Shown here: one piece after another, positions 29,367 through 43,006 of the stretch
How the letters are laid out: every line of letters begins with the position of its first letter
Numbering within the stretch: position 1 is the stretch's first letter
Origin: the human T2T-CHM13v2.0 reference genome, Homo sapiens
DNA length: 64,000 bases
Direction: 5' to 3' (one strand)
Assembly (NCBI RefSeq): GCF_009914755.1
Contig: NC_060927.1
The notes under the pieces: generated by a model
Databases searched by the model: none
What the model was told of the DNA's origin: nothing
What the model saw: the letters and a program-made list of their open reading frames with translations, nothing else
Made by a program: the position numbers and the translations under genes

Positions 29367-32300
29367 TCAAAATTAGATTTTATTCAGTCATAGACTTAAA
29401 ACTTGCCTTTCTTTTTCTCTAGCAGTTATTGACCTTTCTTACAAGAGATTATTAGCTAAAGATCATGGCATTTTTATTTTGTTACCTTGAAGCTAAAGAA
29501 TTTATTATCTCATCCTTAAGGCTGTGGCAGATCATTTTCTTCATGGGCTGTGTAGTACATAAATAATGCAAGATTTAAAGCCTTAGAATTCCTTTATCAG
29601 CAGATAGCAAAGTACTTAAAAAATCCTTTTCTGGCTTGAGGTAATAGTCTGCTTTTATGCTGAATCTACTCAAGGCTTTGTGAACTGCTTCTATATGGGA
29701 GATAAGCAAGTGACACTAGACAAATCTAACGGCAGACCTGCCTCAGACTGAATCCACCCTCCATACAATTCACCAGCAAAGAGAATTGATGTAAACACAA
29801 CTTTGGTGTTTAAGATTATAATTTGGATGCAGCCACCTCTTTTATTTCCATTACTGAGTTTCTGGCATGGCTGTTAGTACAGGAATGAAAGAATTTGGAT
29901 GATGCAAATGGAACTATGTAGTAAGATGGGGGAGAAAACTGCATAACTCTGATGCTCAGTAGAAATATTTTTGAAATTGGAAACAGAATGGCCATATTTA
30001 CTTTCCTTAGTCAAGTTTAAATAAAACAGGAGACAGGTCGGGCCTGACTGACAGAAATATAACACATTTCTCAAATACTACAAGTTCTATTACCACCCAG
30101 GATAGGAGAAATAAAAGTCGATATTACGCTTTTCCAAAATGTATGTACTGGAATTTTGCCAAGTAATTATGTAGCAAATTTTGACCTGCTTTAAGATGGT
30201 TATCAACAGAGGTTTCAAAAGTTCAGCATTTCTGACTCTAGAAATTTAGAGGCCTAATTATTATACCTAACTTAGGTATATATTCCTAACTTAGGTATAT
30301 ATTCTAAAAATCACTTTTATTTGTAAAGCACTATTAAGAATTGGCTTATGAATTTTATTCCCAAGATGTTAAACTGCTATAACCAAGAAAGAAACAAAAA
30401 TCTTCAATGGACCTGTATCATTTTCTGTGTTAAATATTTGATTGCCAAAATAATTCAATTAGCTGGTATTGAATAATAATAGTGAAAAGAACAAAATTTC
30501 AGTGTAAAGTATATAAATTAAATCTTTTACATGTGTAGTATAATGATTATAGGTATTCAAATAAAAATAAACATTTTAATAAAAAAATCAAAATCTTTTT
30601 GCCTCACTCACTTTATTTCATGCCTCATTAGGGATCTAACTAAGCAATAAATATAATTGATGATGTATTTTTCAAAAATCTTCAACAAATGTTTAAAAAC
30701 TAAAATGAGTCTTAGGTAAACTGTGATTGAAACAAAAAAATTCAGTCAACCCAAAACCATATTATGTAATATTTTTACTTTTTGATTCTTTTCTAAAGTT
30801 TGTTAGAGCACAGGAAAAATTGAATTATCAAACTTTCAACTGAAGTTAGGTATAGTTTAGGTCTTTTATATGGTTTAACTAATTTAACATTCTCATTGTA
30901 AAGTAAAAGAAAGTAAAATCAGTATAATCTACCTCTCCAGATCTATTAATCTCTGCAATAGAAATTTTAAATAGCTCTACATATGCTATCACAATTGTGT
31001 CAGAAAATGGATGTGGTACTTTAAATAGTTTAATATGAGAAAATTCAGTTGATATTGTGGGGAAATATGCTACAAAGTCAATTAGTAATTAATGTATCTC
31101 AAAGTATTTTTATTATAACAAAATATAGCAAATATTTATCTAAAACTTAGTTTAGGAAGATGGGCCTAAATAAGGGTATTATTTGTCAGATAGAAAAAAA
31201 TATGAATGTGAGTTTATTTAAACATGGTAATATTATCCTACTAGTATGATAATATTTCTACTGGGCCCATAAAATTTATTTTATCAAGCTTTGTTTCATA
31301 CTATACATTACTGACAAAATAGGGCATAATTCCTCTGCTCTAAAGGAAATACATACTGAAGCTGTTAAAAAAAATAAAGAAAAAGAAAAGAACATGTTCT
31401 TTCATGTAAATGTACTCTTAAGCATTTTGAAGAAGTAGGTCATTGACTTGGTGCAAAAGCTTTTCCAGTCTCTCATGTAAATATGCATTTGACAGTTTAG
31501 TAAATTTCAGGTCAATGGTCCAATAGACCAAAAAGTCTTGGGGCTATTGGAGTGTATCCCGTAAATTCATGTTAAGGGAATTTAAAAGTTGCAGATTATT
31601 GACTTGATTATTGATGCAAAGTGGCCAATACAGCTTAATAGGTAATTAAATATCCTATCATAAAAAGTACATTTATAGAGTGCAGTCATTTATTAACATT
31701 GTAACGTAATATCACTTTTAAAGTTACTTGGTTAATTGTGACATTCTTTTTTGATAGCTCTTCTTTTCTTTTCCATTTTTCTTCCATGTATAAATATGCT
31801 TCACTTTAATAATGCTACAGACTTTTGCAAATTTTCATATAAACTTTCAGTAAATTACTTAAATGGACACCAAAAACGTTTACTGCATTGTGATTTTATC
31901 AATTATACAGGTAGTGATTATGTTTTGGTTTTAATTTTCATTTTTATTTTAGATTTGGGACTACTTGTTGTAAGGGTGGATTTCATGATGCTAAGGTTTG
32001 GGCTTCTATCAATCCCATCATCTAGATAGTAAAAATACTATCCAATAGAACGTTTTTCAGACCTTTCTCTGCCTTTGAAGTCTCTAGTGTCTACTATTCC
32101 CATCTTTACGTACATGTGTACCCGAGAATTAGCTCCTACTTCTAAGTGAGAACATGCTGTATTTGATTTTCTGTTTCTGTGTTAATTTGCTTAGGATAAT
32201 GGTCTCCAGCTGCATCCGTATTGCTGGGAGGGACATAGTTTTATTCTTTTTTATTGCTGCTTATAAAAAGGGTCTATATGTACCACATTTTATTTATCCA

Positions 32301-35300
32301 AGCCTCTGTTGATGGGCATCTAGGTTGATTCCACGTCTTTGTTATTATGAATAGTGCTATGATGAACATATGAGTGCATGTGTCTTTTTGGTAGAATGAT
32401 TTATTTTCCTTTGGGTATATATGCAGTAATGGGATTACTGGTTCAAATGGGAGAGCTGGTTCTATTATTAGTTGTTTGAGAAATCTCAAAACTGCTTTCC
32501 ACAGTGACTGAACTTATTTACATTCTCACAAACAGTGTATAAACATTCCATTTTCTCTGCAGCCTTTCCAACATCTGTCATTTTTTGACTTTTTAATGAA
32601 GCCATTCTGACTGGTATGAGATGGTAATTCTTTGTGGTTTTGATGTGCATTTCTCTGATGATCAGTGATGTTGAGGATTTTTTCATTTGATTGTTGGCTG
32701 CTTGTGTGTCTTTTTTCGAGAAGTGTCTGTTCATGTCATTTGCCTACTTTTTGATAGGGTTATTTGTTTTTTTCTTGCTGACTTCTTTAAGTTCCTTATA
32801 GATTCTTGAGTATTAGCTCATTGTCAGATACATACTTTGCAAATATATTCTCCCATTCTGTAGATTGTCCATTGAATGTGTTCACAGTTTCTTTTGCTGT
32901 ATAGAAGTTCTTTAATTTAATTAGGTCCCATTTGTCAATTTTTTTTTTTTTTTTTTTTTTTTTGCAATTGCTTTTGAGGACTTGGCCATAAATTCTTTGC
33001 CAAGCTGATGTCCAGAATGGTATTTCCTAGGTTTTCTTCTGGGAATTTTATAGTTGGTGGTCTCAAATCTTTAAGTCATCTTAAGTTAAGGTAAGGGAAC
33101 TACAGGTTCATTCTTCTACATGTGGTTAGCCAGTTTCCCTACCACCGTTTATTGAATAGGGAGTCCTTTCCCCATTGCTTGTTATTGTCAACTTAGTCAA
33201 AGATCGTATAGTTGTAGGTGTGCTGCTTGATTTCTGAGCTGTCTGTTCTGTTCCATTGGTCTATATTTCTAGTTTTGTACCAGTACCCTCTTGTTTTGGT
33301 CACTGTAGTTTTGTAGTATAGTTTGAAGTTGGGTAATGATGGTGCTTTCATCTTTGTTCTTTTTGCTTAGGATTGCTTTGGCTATTTGACTATTTTGGTT
33401 TCATATAAATTTTAGAAGAGTTTCTTCTAATTCTGTGAAAAATGATGTTGGTAGTTCGACAGAAACAGCAACAAATCTACAGATTGCTTTGAGCAGTATG
33501 GCCATTTTAACAATGATGATTCTTTCAATATATGAGCACAGAATATTTTTTCCACTTGCTTTTGTCATCTATGATTTCTATTAGCAGTGTTTTATAGTTC
33601 TCCTTGTAGAGATTTTTCATGTCCTTAGTTAGATATGTTCTGAGGTATTTTATTTTCTTGTGTCTATTGTAAATGGGAATGTGTTCTTGCTTAAGCTTTC
33701 AGCTTTGAATGTTATTGGTGTATTAAAATGCTACTGATTTTTGTACATTGATTGTGTATCCTAAAAATTTACTGAAGTCATTTGTCAGTTTTAGGAGCCT
33801 TTTGGTGGAGTCTTTAGGGTTTTCTAGGCATAGAATTATATTGTCAGTGAAAAGAAATAACTTCTTCTTTTACTATTTGGATGTCTTTCTTTCTCTTCAC
33901 TGATTGCTCTGGCTAGGACTTCCAATACTATGTAGAATAGGAGTGGTTAGAGTGGGCATCTTTATCTTCTTCCAATTCTTAAGGGGAATGGTTCTATTTT
34001 TGCCCATTAAGTATGATGTTGGCTGCGGGTTTGTCATAGACGGTCCTTATTATTTTGAGATATGTTTCTTCAATGCTGTGTTAGTTGAGGGTTTCTAACA
34101 TGAAAGGATGTTGGATTTCATTGAAAGGTTTTTCTGAGTCTATTGGGATAATAATGTTAGTTTTTTAAAAATTATGCTTATGTGGTGAATGACATTTATT
34201 GAGATGCATGTGTTGAGCCAATCTTGCATCCCAGTAATAAAGCCCAGTTGATCATAATAAATTAACTTTTTGGTATGCTGCTAGATTCACTTTGCTAGTA
34301 TTTTGTTGAGGATTTTTGTGTCTACATTCATAGTAGATATCGGCCTGTAGTTTTCTTTGTTGTTTGTGTCTTTGCCATATTTTGGTTACAGGATGAGGCT
34401 GGTTTCATAGAGTGAGTTACAAAGGAATCTCTCCTCTCTATTTTATAAAATAGTTTCAGCATTAATAGTACCAACTTTTCTTTGTACATCTGGTGGAATT
34501 CTGCTGTAAATCTACCTGGTCCAAAGTTTTTTATAGTCAGTAGGTTTTTCTTTTGTACTGAATCAATTTTAGAACTCATTATTGGTCTGCCCAGGGTTTC
34601 AACTTTTTTCTGATTCAATCTTAGGAGGTTGTGTGTTTTCAGGAGTTTATCCGTTTCCCCTAGATTTTCTAGTTTGTGTACATGGAAGTGTTCATAGTCG
34701 TCTCTGAGGATATTTTGTATTTCTTGGGACGGATTTTAGTGTCACCTTTGTCATTTCTGATTGTGTTTATATGGCTCTTCTCTCATTTTTTCTTTATTAA
34801 TCTAGCTAATGGTTTAATGATCTTTCTTATCCTTTCAAATAAATAACCAAGTTTTTGATTCCTTGATCCTTTGTATAGTTTTTGGGGTCTCAATTCCATT
34901 TAATACTGCTGTGCTTTCTTTTCTTCTGCCAGCTTTGGGATTAGTTTGTTCTTGTTTTTCTAGTTTCTTTGATTGTGATGTTAATTTGAGATCTTTTAAC
35001 TTCTTCAAATAGTCATTTAGCATTATAATAATTCCTCTTAACATTGCTTTTGCCACATCCCAGAGATTTTGATATTCGTGTCTCTGCTTTCATTTGTTTC
35101 AAAGAATATTTTGATTTCTGCCTTAATTTCATTGTTTACCCATAAGTCATTCAGAAGCAATTTGTTTAGTTTCTATGTAATTGTGTAGTTTTTGAGAGTT
35201 CTTCTTTGTGTTGATTTCTATTTTTATTTCATTGTAGTTCAAGCATATACTTTGTATGATTTCCATTTTTTTGAATTGACACTTGCTATATCACGAAGCT

Positions 35301-36482
35301 TGTGGTTTATCTTACATTATCATCATGTTCAGATGAGAAAAACGTATATGCTATGGTTATTGAGTGGAGTGTTCCATAGATGTTTATTGAGTCAAATTGG
35401 TCAAGTGTCAAATTTAAGTGGAGAATTTATTTGTTAGTTTTCTGGTTCAACAATCTGTCCTAATGATATCAGTGAGTGTTGAACTTCCCCAGTATTATTG
35501 TGTGGCTGCCTAAGTCTTTTTGAAGGTCTAGAAGTAATTGTTTTATGAATCTGGGTGCTCCAATGTTGGAGGCTTATATATTTAGTATAGTTAAATTTTC
35601 TTGTTAAATTGAACCTTTTATTATTATGTAATGGCCTTCTTTGTCAATTTTTACTGTTGTTGATAAAAAGCCTGTTTTATCCAATACATGAATAGAAATC
35701 TCTACTCCTTTTTGTTTTCCATTTGTGTGATAGATCTCTCTGTATCCCTTTACTTTGAACCTATGGGTGTCATTACATGACAGATGGGACTCTTGAAGAC
35801 AGCAAAAGGTTGTCTTATTTTTCTATCCAACTTTCCACTTTGTGTCTTTTATGTGGGACATTTAGACCATTTACAGCTAAGGTTAATATTGATATGTGAG
35901 ATTTTGTTCTTGTCATGGTGTTGTTTGCTTGCTTTGTGGTGATGAATGTGTTGTTGCTTTGTAGGGTCTGTGGGCTTTGTATTTATGTGTGTTTTTGTGG
36001 CAGCAGGTTATGTCTTTCATTTTCAAGTTTAGAACTCCATTAAGTAGTTCTTGTAATGCTGGTCTAGTGGTAACAAATTTGCTTAGCAATTGCTTGTCTG
36101 GGAAAGGTTTTATTTCTTCTTTGCTTATGACGCTTAGTTTGGTGGGATACGAAATTCTAGTTGGAATTTATTTTCTTTGAGAATGCTAAAAATAGGCTCA
36201 CAGTGTCTTCTGGCTTGTAAGATTTCTGCTGAGAATTCCACTACTAGCCTGAAAGCCTTCCCTTTATAGGTGATCTAACCGTTTTCTCTAGGTGTCTTTA
36301 AGATTTTTTCTTTCATGTTGATCTTGAAAAGTCTGATGACTATGTGCCTTGAAGACTGCCATCTTTTATTAGCATCTCACATGTGTTCTCTGAATGTATT
36401 GTTTTTGCAATTTAACCTCTCCAACAAGATTGGAAAAATTTTCCTGGATTATATTCTCAAATATGTTTTCCAAGTGGCTTAC

Positions 36483-37061
36483 TATAATGGTTAATATTAG
36501 GTGTCAAATTGACTACTGAAGAATGCCTAGATGGCTGGTGAAGCATTGTTTCTGGGTGTGTCTGTGAAGGTGTTGCCAGAGGAGATTAACATCTGAGACA
36601 CTTGGCTGGGAGAGGAAGACACATCCTCAATATGGGTGAGCCCTATCCAATCAGCTCCCAGTGTGGCTACAATAAAGCAGCTGGAAGAAAGGGGGTAAGC
36701 AGCTTGCAGAATCTGCCCACTCTCGCTCTTCCCATGCTGGAAACTTGCTTTCTCTTCTCCTGCCCATGGACATCAGATTCTGTGTTCTTCAGCCTTTGTA
36801 CTTTGGGACTTGCACCAGTGACCTCCCAGGGGCTCTTGTGCCTTTAGCCTTAGACTGAAGCCTGCAGGATTGGCTTCCCTGGTTTTGAGGCTTTCTGATT
36901 TGGACTGAACCATGCTACTGGTTTCTCTCTTTTCTCAGCTTGCAGGTGGCCTATTGTGGGACTTCACCTTGCAATCACGTGAGCCAATTCCCCCTAATAA
37001 ACTGTTTTATATTACATATATCCTATTGGTTCTGTCCCTTTGGAGAACCCTGACTAATACA
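36483..37061 (+). mobile_element. MLT2A (HERV-L) solo LTR, MLT2A2-like
   Basis: atggttaatattaggtgtcaa...tttctgggtgtgtctgtgaaggtgttgccaga...ggagaaccctgactaataca; TSD cttac/cttcc. Confidence 0.9.
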
Positions 37062-39079
37062 CTTCCTCTCTCTTCTTGCTTAGGAACATAAATGAGTGGT
37101 AGGTTTGGTTGCTTTACATAATCCTATATATCTTGGAGGATTTGTCCATTTTTTGAAATTCTTTTTGCCTGATGGGCTTGATTCAAAGTACTGATCTTCA
37201 AGCTCTGAGGTTATTTCTTTTGCTTGGTCTGGTCTGTTTTTAAGGCTTCGAATTGTATTTGAAATTCTCGCAGTGAATTTCTCAATTTCAGAAGTTCCAT
37301 TTGATCCTTTCTTAATATAGCTATATCATATTCAAATCTTTTATCATGTTTCTGGCTTCCTTTGATTGAATTTAATCGAAACTTTCTCTTGGACCTCATT
37401 GAGCTTCCTTGCCATCCAGATTCTTAATTCTGTGTCAGTCATTTCAGACATTTCAATCTGTTTAAGATTACATTGCTAGGGAACAAGAATGTAACAAAAC
37501 ACTCTGACTTTTTAAATTGCTAGAATTTTTGTGCTGATTCCTTCTCATCTGAGACAGCTGGCATTTCCTTTTATTTTTGAATTTGATGTCACTTGGATGG
37601 GGCTTTTTGTTTTGTTTTGTTTTTGTTTTCCTCTTGTGACTATGGTGAATGTTGTGTAGAGTTGAATGGCTTTGTTTCTGAGTGCTTTCAGAAGGCCAAG
37701 GTTTTGTACAGAGTCTTAGGTTGTATATAGGCTCCTGTGATGGGTTTCAGTGGCATTGCATGTTGGAGGAATGTATTTTTGTTTGGTAGTGTAATTCAGC
37801 CTGCAGTCCAATTAATAATGCTTATGAGTATAGGTGGGCAGATAAGCTCTTACTCAGCCACATGCTTCTTTTGTACTTCAGTGTGTACATAGCAGTGTGC
37901 TGGAGAGATGGCAGCTGGTGAGATATGACTCCCTCTCCAAGTCTGCTCCTGGGCCATGTGATGCCATCCCCTTCAACTATTGGTGCCATGACTATTTCCT
38001 GTGCCCCAGTGGGAGCTTTGGCAGGCTCTGCTCACCCCTCCCTTAGGGAATCCCAGCTGAGGGCTAAATCACCAGGAGAACCACAACTCCCTGGGGGCCT
38101 GCAGTCCCTTGTGTTTTTGAGAATCATAGCAGACTGTGGGATATGTCTGCTAGTGGTCTGATGGTGCACTGGGACAGGAGCAGAAGATCCCTGGGTGGGG
38201 CACTGGTACCATAGATATGCAACTTGGAAGGTACCTGCAGGCTGAAGTTTTCAGCCCAGCAGATGGCTGTGAGGAACACCAAGCTTACACTCCCCCTACC
38301 TGGTGAGTCTCCCTCTGGCATCTGCCCCAGGAACAGGATTGACCAGCTAGGCTTATCCCAAGCCTTCTGTGCCCAGGTCACTGAGCTGTTCCAGATGCTC
38401 TGGGCTACAGGATTCCCTAGAAAAGAAGCGGCAGCTGGCTGTCAGGCCACGCCCTTCCCAGACCAGGCTTGTGAAGGGAGGGATGTCCTGCACTGGCATA
38501 TGAACCCATGTCACACTCTTCTTTGTCTTCTGAGAGTGGGGGTTCCTTTCCTGATTGAGCTTAGGCCACAGATCTCAGTTCAATATCCGTGAGTAGTGTG
38601 CTCAAATCCTAAGGAGTTGGGACTCGGCCCATGGATTTGTCCTCTGGCCCCTCAGGTTAAAGCACTGGCTATGCAGGGCAGGGAGATTGTTAGTGGGGTA
38701 TGGGGGTTGGGAGAGTGGCTGAACTGCTCCCAGGCCACTAGCAAAAACTCAGGTGGGGAGGTGGTGACTGTGCTGTGGTGATCCTCCTGCAGGAGCATCT
38801 AGGCAGGCAGTCTTGAGAGGTCCAGCATGTAAGGGAATGTGTGGATTGGATGCACTCTGGTCCCACAATGGAAGCCTAGCTCTCCCTGGCCTAGCAGAGG
38901 GGAGGAGCTGCTGCTACTCAGAGCAAGGAGAGTCTTGGGTGATTGGCATCTAGGTCACATTTTGGTACAGTTGCCAGTGCTGGCGCCTGGAATCTCTGAG
39001 CAGGGTTCCCAGCTTCCAATCTCTACAACTATGGTGTCTGCATTGCCTCTCTATTGACTTTCTTTCAAAAGACCTGTTT

Positions 39080-39381
39080 GGCTAGGTGCAGTGGCTCACA
39101 CCTGTAATCCAAGAACTTCAGGAGTCTGGGGTGGGAGGATTGCTTGTGACCTGGAGTTTGAGACCAGGTTGGGAAACATAGGGAGACCCCATCATTCCAT
39201 AATTAAAAAAATAATAATAAGCCAAGCATTGTGACACTTGCCTGTAGTCCTAGCTATCTGGGAGGCTGAGGCAGGAGAATCACTTAAACCAAGGAGTTTG
39301 AGGCTTGTAATCCAAGCTGTGAGTACAACCTGAGTGACAAAGTAAGAGTCAATCTCTAAAAAAAAAACAAAAACAAAAAAA
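39080..39381 (+). mobile_element. AluJ (Jo/Jr-like) in the L1 5' UTR
   Basis: gggaggattgcttg; diverged dimer with a right-arm deletion; A-rich tail. Confidence 0.9.
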
Positions 39382-39898
39382 CTTATTCAAATTGTGATGA
39401 TATTTACTCTCTATTTTGGTTCCTCTCAGTGGTTAAGGTATTCCTGGCTGTGTCTAGTCAGCCATCTTGCCTCCTCCAGGTAATGATCTTGGATGTATGC
39501 TAATATGAAATAATTTAAAATATTTTCTTTCAAATTTTTCTTCAGAATAAACTTATGTTTTATATTTTGAAAAGAACTTGAGTCTTATCTCTTCTGTAAT
39601 GGTTGACAGTTTAGTGAGCTTTCCTGTTTATGGCACTGATAACTTATTTAACTTTTCCTTGATGGACTTTTAAAATTATTTATTCATGTTTGCAATTATA
39701 TCTGTTAACACATATAATTAATTTATTTAGACAAAAATCAGTCATTTAACTAAAAACTATTTTATTTAACTTTGAGGCTAGTGTATATGAGCTCTGAATC
39801 AGACCATATTTGATATATTAGTTTTCCAAATAACAGTAATAAGAAAACATTTTAGTCAAATAAATGCAGCTTATATGTGATACCTAGAACATGTTCTA

Positions 39899-40281
<383 letters not shown>

Positions 40282-40949
40282 TTAAACATACTTATGAAAC
40301 ACTATTCTTGGTTTTAAAAATTAATATTTAATATTTTCAAATGTTTTACTTGGATCAATACTTGATAGATAAATGGCCCATCTTTTCATTCACTTTTTTC
40401 CTCCCATACTTGAGCTATTTATTTCAAAGAGAGATGCCTGAATATTTTGTTGCCTATTGTTACTTCCAGGATGAACTCTAAACCTTACAGGTCGTGATTA
40501 TGTAAATTCCTTTAATATCTAGCTTCCAGCTTACCTTTTCTGCCTAAACTCTTTACAGACCCACCACAAAACCTATTCACAATTAGTAGGTTCCAGAAGC
40601 TAACATGCTGTCATGACAATATGTCTGTAAATATTACAGCAAGAATATAGAGTATGTAAACTACAGGCATAGTTTTAATTCAATTTTTAGATGAAAAACT
40701 TCTCCCAGGTATGCTAGACACTGATATTTCAAAATGAATGAGACACAATTCCTGCTCTCAAAAATCTTTACTGCTCTTTTGGGGCCCTATTTAGTCATTT
40801 TTTTGGAAATCTTTCTTTTCATTTCAAAATAAAGTTAAATATATCTTCGAATCTTACAACTTCTTTTACATACTTCCACTGTAAATGTAAACTCTCTTAT
40901 TCTATAAAGATCTATAAATCTATTTATATTATACTTATTAAATTATTTT

Positions 40950-41182
40950 CTGTGTCTCTTTGTCCTCAGAGATAAGGATGCCTCAGGACACCTCTTACAT
41001 GAGGATCTTATGACCTGCTTCAGGGGAAAGCCAGAAAACCTAGGTTTTATGATCTGCTTCAGGGAAAAAGGGCTAGGGACGGTCAGAGTAAACTTCCTAC
41101 TTCTGCTGTTTCCCAAATTGTTTCAGTTTAAAATAGTATTTTAAGGTGTCATATTTTGGAGTAGGGTGTACTGAACCACACA
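40950..41182 (-). mobile_element. MER31/MER67-like LTR, 5' part; (CA)11 at 41177-41198 at its terminus
   Basis: Minus strand GGTTCAGTACACCCTACTCCAAAATATGACACCTT...CCTGAAGCAGATCATAAAACC. Confidence 0.65.
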
Positions 41183-41357
41183 CACACACACACACACATT
41201 TATAATTTTAAAACCAAAACATTATTAATATCATTTTATAGAGTAATTATTTATTTAAATCTACCTGTATATTTAATATTTCTTTGGTTCTTCATTTTTA
41301 ACTGCATCCTCATGCTTTTAATATATGATGATTTTTCTTCTGTCTAACAGATTTTCT

Positions 41358-41656
<299 letters not shown>

Positions 41657-41796
41657 ATTTTCTATAATATTTCCTTTAATTAAAATCTGTTGAATAGCCC
41701 TTTCTTTCTTTTTTGTATTCATATCTAAAATGTCATTATTTAACTACCTATAGAAAAATGTATGCAACTCTACAAACACACATATATATGTAAATA

Positions 41797-42414
41797 CAGT
41801 AGTTCCACCCATCCATGGGGGATACATTCCAAGGACCCTAGTGGATGCCTGAAACGACAGATGGTACAAAACTCCATATAATGAACAAATTGCTTTTTCT
41901 GTCTTCACAATATCATGGATCGAAGATTCATTCTTATCGTAGATCCCAGCAACCTCTGAGTAATTTTTTTTCTTTCCTTAAGTAAAGACCTTTTACCTTT
42001 TTACTTAAACACTTTACGATTTCTCTTTAGCATATCCAAATTGCCAGCATTATTATTTTTGTGCGTTGGGGACATTATTAAGTAAAATAAGAGTTACTTT
42101 AACACAAACACTGTAATATCACGACAGTGGATCTGATAAATGAGATGGTTACTATGTGACTAATGAGTAGGCAGCATAATATACAGCATGGATAAGCCAG
42201 ACAAAGGGATGATGCACGTCCCTGGCAGGATGTGCATGATAAAAATTGAGATTTTTGTCATGCTCTCCAGAATGGCATGTACTTTAAAACTTATTAATTG
42301 ATTATTTCTCAAATTTTCCATTTAATATTTTTGGACCACAGATGACCACAGGTAACTGAAGCCATAAGTAACTGAAATCATGGAAAACAAACCTATGGAT
42401 AAGAGGAACTACTA
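41797..42414 (+). mobile_element. MER44 (Tigger7-derived) non-autonomous DNA transposon
   Basis: TIRs cagtagttccacccatccatgg / ctatggataagaggaactacta, TA on both sides. Confidence 0.85.
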
Positions 42415-42419
42415 TATTC

Positions 42420-43003
42420 TTGAGTTTAAGGTTTTGGACTTGCCCACTGCCTCTTTCTTTTTTTCTTTTTATTCTCTTTGGAATAGAAATGTCAGTCCTG
42501 TGCCTATCCTACCACTATATTGTGGAAGCACATAACTTGTTTGATTTTACAGGCCTACAGCTGAAGAGAAATTCACTTCAGGATGAAGATACCTTAAATC
42601 TCACCCATATCTAATTTAGATGATATTTACATGAGTCTTTTGACTTTTGACTTAATGTTGGTATGAATTAAGACTTTTGGGGCTATTGGAATAAAATAAA
42701 TGTATTTTGCATGCAAGAAGAACATACATTTTGAGAGGCAAGGGGCAGAATGCTATGGTCTAAATTTATGTGTACCCCCCAAATTCATATGGTGAAATTC
42801 TAACCCCCAAGATGATGATATTAGTATGTGAAGCCTTTGGGAATTGATTAGACAATGAAAGCAGAGCTCTTGTAATTGGTATGATTACCTTGTAAAAGAT
42901 AACCCAGAGAGAGAGCTCACTCTTCCACCATGTGAGGGCATAGAGAGAAGGCACCATAGAAGAACCAGGAAACAAGCCATCACCAGACACTAAATCAGCC
43001 CAT
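42420..43003 (+). mobile_element. MaLR internal 3' end, polypurine tract and left part of an MLT1A0-like LTR (LTR from 42751)
   Basis: ttaagacttttggggctattgg...gaggcaaggggcagaa|tgctatggtctaaattt...ccccccaaattcatat. Confidence 0.8.
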
Positions 43004-43006
43004 ACA

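Larger units (their letters stand above)
31919..39476 (-). mobile_element. Full-length inactivated L1PA15/16 with nested MLT2A LTR and AluJ
   Basis: 5' end GAGGAGGCAAGATGGCTGACTAGACACAGCCAGG, GC-rich 5' UTR, fragmented ORF1 and ORF2, 3' UTR; TSD caggta(g/a)tgat (31908-31918, 39477-39487). Confidence 0.9.

Noticed and set aside
37925-39057. Cluster of GC-rich ORFs suggesting a gene or CpG island
   Set aside because: This is the CpG-depleted 5' UTR of the L1PA15/16.
31919-39476. Retrotransposition-competent L1
   Set aside because: Old subfamily, both ORFs fragmented, interrupted by an LTR and an Alu.
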